Of a stretch of 64,000 nt of DNA, positions 61,501-64,000 are shown in pieces. The translations under genes were made by a program, and so were the position numbers. The first letter of the stretch is position 1; every line of letters begins with the position of its first letter. The stretch is from Basidiobolus meristosporus CBS 931.73 (lineage: Eukaryota; Fungi; Basidiobolomycota), in the NCBI GenBank assembly GCA_002104905.1, contig MCFE01000049.1, forward strand, positions 62,001-126,000. Direction: 5' to 3'. The notes below the pieces were generated by a model. That model ran no database searches and was not told where the DNA came from. It saw nothing but the letters and a program-made list of their open reading frames with translations.

Positions 61501-63511
61501 AATTGGTGGAGTGCTGAGCCAAGAACACGAGGGAAAGGACTACCCTGTTGCCTTTGAATCCAAGAAACTGAACTCAGCAGAACAAAACTATCCAGTTCAT
61601 GAGAAGGAGATGCTTGCTATAATACACTGTTTGAAGACATGGAGATGCTATATTGAAGGAGTCAAATGCACTGTGAAGACTGATCATGCCTCCCTCAAGT
61701 ATATATTTACTCAGAAGGTACTCTCTAGAAGAATGACAAGATGGAGTGAATACATTCAGCAATTTGACCTGGAGATTGTCTACTGTCCTGGAAAAAACAA
61801 CACGGTTGCTGATGCCTTATCAAGATTAGATCAAGTTGCACAACTCAACTTGGTGCATGAATCAGATTGGCCTAGCCTATTACCAAAGTACTTGGAGGAC
61901 CAAGCCATTCCTAATGAGGTGGATGAAGATATCAAGAAGATAATCCGGGATGAAGCCAGCAAATTTGTTGTACAGGATGAAACACTCTACCGAATTGTTG
62001 ATGGAAGCCCTATTGCCTATTGTCCTTATGTTGCTCGCCTGGATTTAATACATAAGCTACACAATGGATATGGACATCTTGGGATTGAAGGAACCTATAG
62101 CCTTGTGAAAGCCAGAGCATGGTGGCCCAGAATGAAACAAGATATTGAGAAGCTAGTGAAAACATGCCCAAACTGCCAAATCAATCAGGGCCAGCCACAA
62201 AGAATTGCCGAACTCTTCCCTTTGGAGCCTGTAAGACCATTTGAGAGATGGGGAATTGACTTTATTGGAAGACTGCCAACTACCAGGAAATGCAACCGTT
62301 GGATCCTAGTAGCAATTGACCATGCCACTAAATGGCCAGTTGCTAAAGCTGTACCAATAGCCAGTGAACAAGAAGTTGCAAGTTTCATTTACCATGAGAT
62401 CCTGATGAAGTTTGGATGCCCTGTGGAGATCTTATCCGATAGAGGTGCAAACTTTATGGCAAAGACATTAGAGGCTTACCTGGAAATGCAGCAGATCAGA
62501 CACTTGAAAACCTCGGCATATCACCCCAGAACTAATGGAGTCACTGAGCGGTTTAATGGATTATTTGGAAAAATGCTGACCAAGTATGCAAATGGAGTTG
62601 TCAGTAGATGGGATGAGTATATAGACCAAGCACTCTTTGCATGCAGAGTCAGAGTACACAACACCACCCAGCAATCACCATTTTACTTAGTTTATGGATG
62701 TGAACCAAGGATTCCAGGAGATCTCACACAACCAAAGCTTACAGACACCTTAGAAGATGAACTCAGTCAGCCAAGTAGACACCAGCAACTGGAACAAAGA
62801 CGTCAAGAGGCACAGACCAAAGTATCTCAAAGTGCAGAAAAGATGAAGCAGAGATTTGATAAGACTATAGCAACAGAAGCATTGACAGTTGGGAACTTTG
62901 TATTGCTAAGAAACAACACTCGGAAGAAGTTTGAGCCACAATGGACAGGACCATTCAAGATCATCAGAGAATGTCCATTTGCAACTTACCAACTGGTGGA
63001 CAAACAAGGCAATATCCGGGAAGACTTAGTGCATAGGGACAGACTCAAGCTTGCAAGACTTGCTGATAATACTGAACCATCAAGATATTGGTATCACAAG
63101 AAAAGAGATTCAGGAGAACCCTCTCAACTTTAGTAGGGGAGAATGTTATGATCTGCCGCTTGAATGTTTAAGTTAGATCAGTTTTTAGTCAAATCGATTA
63201 GTATATGTTTAGGTTATCAGTACATCAGTATTATCTATGAAATCAGTAGCATTAGTCAGCAAATGAATCAGCAGATCCTTATCAGACAGAAATAGATATA
63301 TTAAGTAGGATCTTATTGGGTGATGATGATGCAATCAAATGAGTCATCAGCCACAACCTACATTAGGAAATACAATTAGTCAGCAATTGATCTGGCAAAA
63401 TGTATATAAGGAGCTGCTGGAACCTCAATAAAAATCAGTTCAAGTTTTAGTGAATACAATACTAGCTAAACTCCCTATTCCTCTACAACTCTTATACCAA
63501 GACTTGTAACA
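58574..63511 (+). mobile_element. Intact, very young Ty3/Gypsy LTR retrotransposon (family C)
   Basis: 368-bp LTRs (58574-58941, 63144-63511) with no differences seen by eye; 4-bp TSD TTAT; PBS TGGTAGCAGCG (58943-58953, initiator tRNA-Met type); PPT at 63131-63143. Confidence 0.97.
59000..63133 (+). CDS. Single-ORF Gag-Pol polyprotein, 1377 aa (Gag, CCHC, protease, RT, RNase H, integrase)
   Basis: [14 protein letters not shown]; MIDSGAS; YLDDILI; [10 protein letters not shown]; HNGYGH…CPNC; WGIDF…AIDH…SDRG…VTERFN. No chromodomain recognised. Confidence 0.96.
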   Translation: MSDNQEWKNAMQQILAQQQQLLQILSQQQQGMTTMAQSQQSPVKSNFSVKVNRYHGRVNENLGTWLFQIEEAFKAKGIAPESKLHYAASYLADAALQWYHNKIRSATMMGCSTISTWDEFVSEIQDAFEPPHQQTLLRRKLKTLRQKGMVQEYIYEYRCLLGQIERMDPLDQVEYFIDGLKERTRKEVNYRRPQTIEEAIKIAIDYDSAMFGVGKPTVTSQKGYNHYERRQSEAVPMEIDAMQKNPSSEECKKRGLCFNCHQQGHIAKYCPQRRNGHQPTRTFNHIESHEHSNVEDELEEDSELTFHMTEEYLSQMTSNSGKLLYLNGAINGVPAKIMIDSGASHEYMSEQFALKAGINSEPTKSTSVSTADGNSHIINRITQPVRMKINDYEEDLQAYIFGNCKFDLVLGKTWLFCRNPSINWRTHATQIQKDNKTYELLPARLDFNLVNSSVCETSELSKTQFCRALRKGTEMFLMAVLQEDSSTPAPQQVQTLLKKYSDVFPDELVSLPPGRDVDHAIDTGDSPPVSKTPYRMSPLELEEMKRQIDQLLQQGYIRPSKSPWGAPVLFVKKKDGTLRMCIDYRALNSVTIKNKYPIPRIDELLDQLNGATIFSKIDLMSGYNQIRVKPEDIPKTAFRTRYGHYEYLVMSFGLTNAPATFMTLMQTVFQEYLDKFVIIYLDDILIYSKTEKDHMVHIEKVLKKLRENKLYGKLAKCEFFKEHVEYLGHIVTSTGVTLDPKKVEVIKNLKQPHSISELRSFLGMVSYYRRFVKSFASIAAPLTDILKKDNTYKWDIACETAFQTLKNELAKLPSLRIPDFRKEFTLCTDASDYAIGGVLSQEHEGKDYPVAFESKKLNSAEQNYPVHEKEMLAIIHCLKTWRCYIEGVKCTVKTDHASLKYIFTQKVLSRRMTRWSEYIQQFDLEIVYCPGKNNTVADALSRLDQVAQLNLVHESDWPSLLPKYLEDQAIPNEVDEDIKKIIRDEASKFVVQDETLYRIVDGSPIAYCPYVARLDLIHKLHNGYGHLGIEGTYSLVKARAWWPRMKQDIEKLVKTCPNCQINQGQPQRIAELFPLEPVRPFERWGIDFIGRLPTTRKCNRWILVAIDHATKWPVAKAVPIASEQEVASFIYHEILMKFGCPVEILSDRGANFMAKTLEAYLEMQQIRHLKTSAYHPRTNGVTERFNGLFGKMLTKYANGVVSRWDEYIDQALFACRVRVHNTTQQSPFYLVYGCEPRIPGDLTQPKLTDTLEDELSQPSRHQQLEQRRQEAQTKVSQSAEKMKQRFDKTIATEALTVGNFVLLRNNTRKKFEPQWTGPFKIIRECPFATYQLVDKQGNIREDLVHRDRLKLARLADNTEPSRYWYHKKRDSGEPSQL

Positions 63512-64000
63512 TTATTGCAAGAATCTTCTTCTCATGCACTGGATAGTTTTGTTCTGCTATGTTCAGTTGCTTAGATTCAAAAGGAGCTGGGTAGTCCTTT
63601 TACTCATGTTCTTGGCTCAGTACTCCAATAACTGCATAATCTGAAGGATCTGTGCACAGCATAAATACTTTTCAGAAGTCAGGTATTCTTAAGCTTGGCA
63701 GCTTAGCATATTTCTTCATGAGTGCCTGAAAGGCAGTCTCACAAATTATGGCCCACTTCAAGGCATGGTGCTTATTGAGGCTATTAGTTAGGGGAGCTGC
63801 AGCACTTGCAAAGGACATGACAAATCTCTGATAATACCAAACCATTCCATGGAATGATTTGAGCTCTGATATACTATGAGGCTGCTTAAGATTCTTAATG
63901 ATTTCAACCATCTTGGGGTCTAAGGTCACTCCAGTGCTGCTCACTATGTGTCCCAGGTATGCAATGTGTTTCTTCAAGAATTTACACTTTGCTAGCCTAC

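Larger units (their letters stand above)
56729..64000 (-). mobile_element. Degenerate Gypsy C element (3' LTR 56729-57094; integrase, RH, RT to the window end) hosting the intact copy
   Basis: Decayed LTR and PPT; integrase [12 protein letters not shown]; RH continues across the insertion at 58573/63512. Confidence 0.85.

Noticed and set aside
62900-63133. Chromodomain at the Gypsy integrase C-terminus
   Set aside because: The tail after the GPF motif is short and lacks the aromatic-cage pattern.
16300-64000. Classical Neurospora-type RIP (CpA to TpA)
   Set aside because: CpA/TpG are abundant and the copy-to-copy changes I could align are mostly at CpG; a formal context analysis is still needed.
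1-64000. tRNA or rRNA genes
   Set aside because: None recognised by eye; tRNAscan-SE or Infernal would be needed to exclude them.

Overview
Eukaryotic, fungal-type genomic DNA with short GT-AG introns (an early-diverging fungus is my inference from protein and intron style). The window has two sharply different parts. Bases 1 to ~16.1 kb are gene-dense with normal CpG content: a small CsbD-like ORF, a PH+FYVE protein, VTA1, KOG1/Raptor, APC2 and BDP1. From ~16.3 kb to the end is a deeply nested transposon island with very few CpGs. It holds two near-intact copies and one relic of a two-ORF PIF/Harbinger-superfamily (PHIS) DNA transposon, a family of 734-bp fold-back MITEs sharing its left terminus, two Copia families, an intact recently inserted Gypsy element with apparently identical LTRs plus decayed relatives, several solo LTRs, and CACTA-like relics. 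Main observations: (1) a CpG-directed mutational process visible as an age series among copies of one element; (2) the PHIS element is a CpG mosaic, with a CpG-free transposase but very CpG-dense, motif-rich patches in its promoter, ORF2 and right end; (3) hairpin MITEs are built from two left-type ends; (4) a 226-bp foreign, transcript-like fragment sits inside a Copia gag between 11-bp direct repeats. No rRNA, tRNA or CRISPR was recognised. All coordinates and counts were read by eye.
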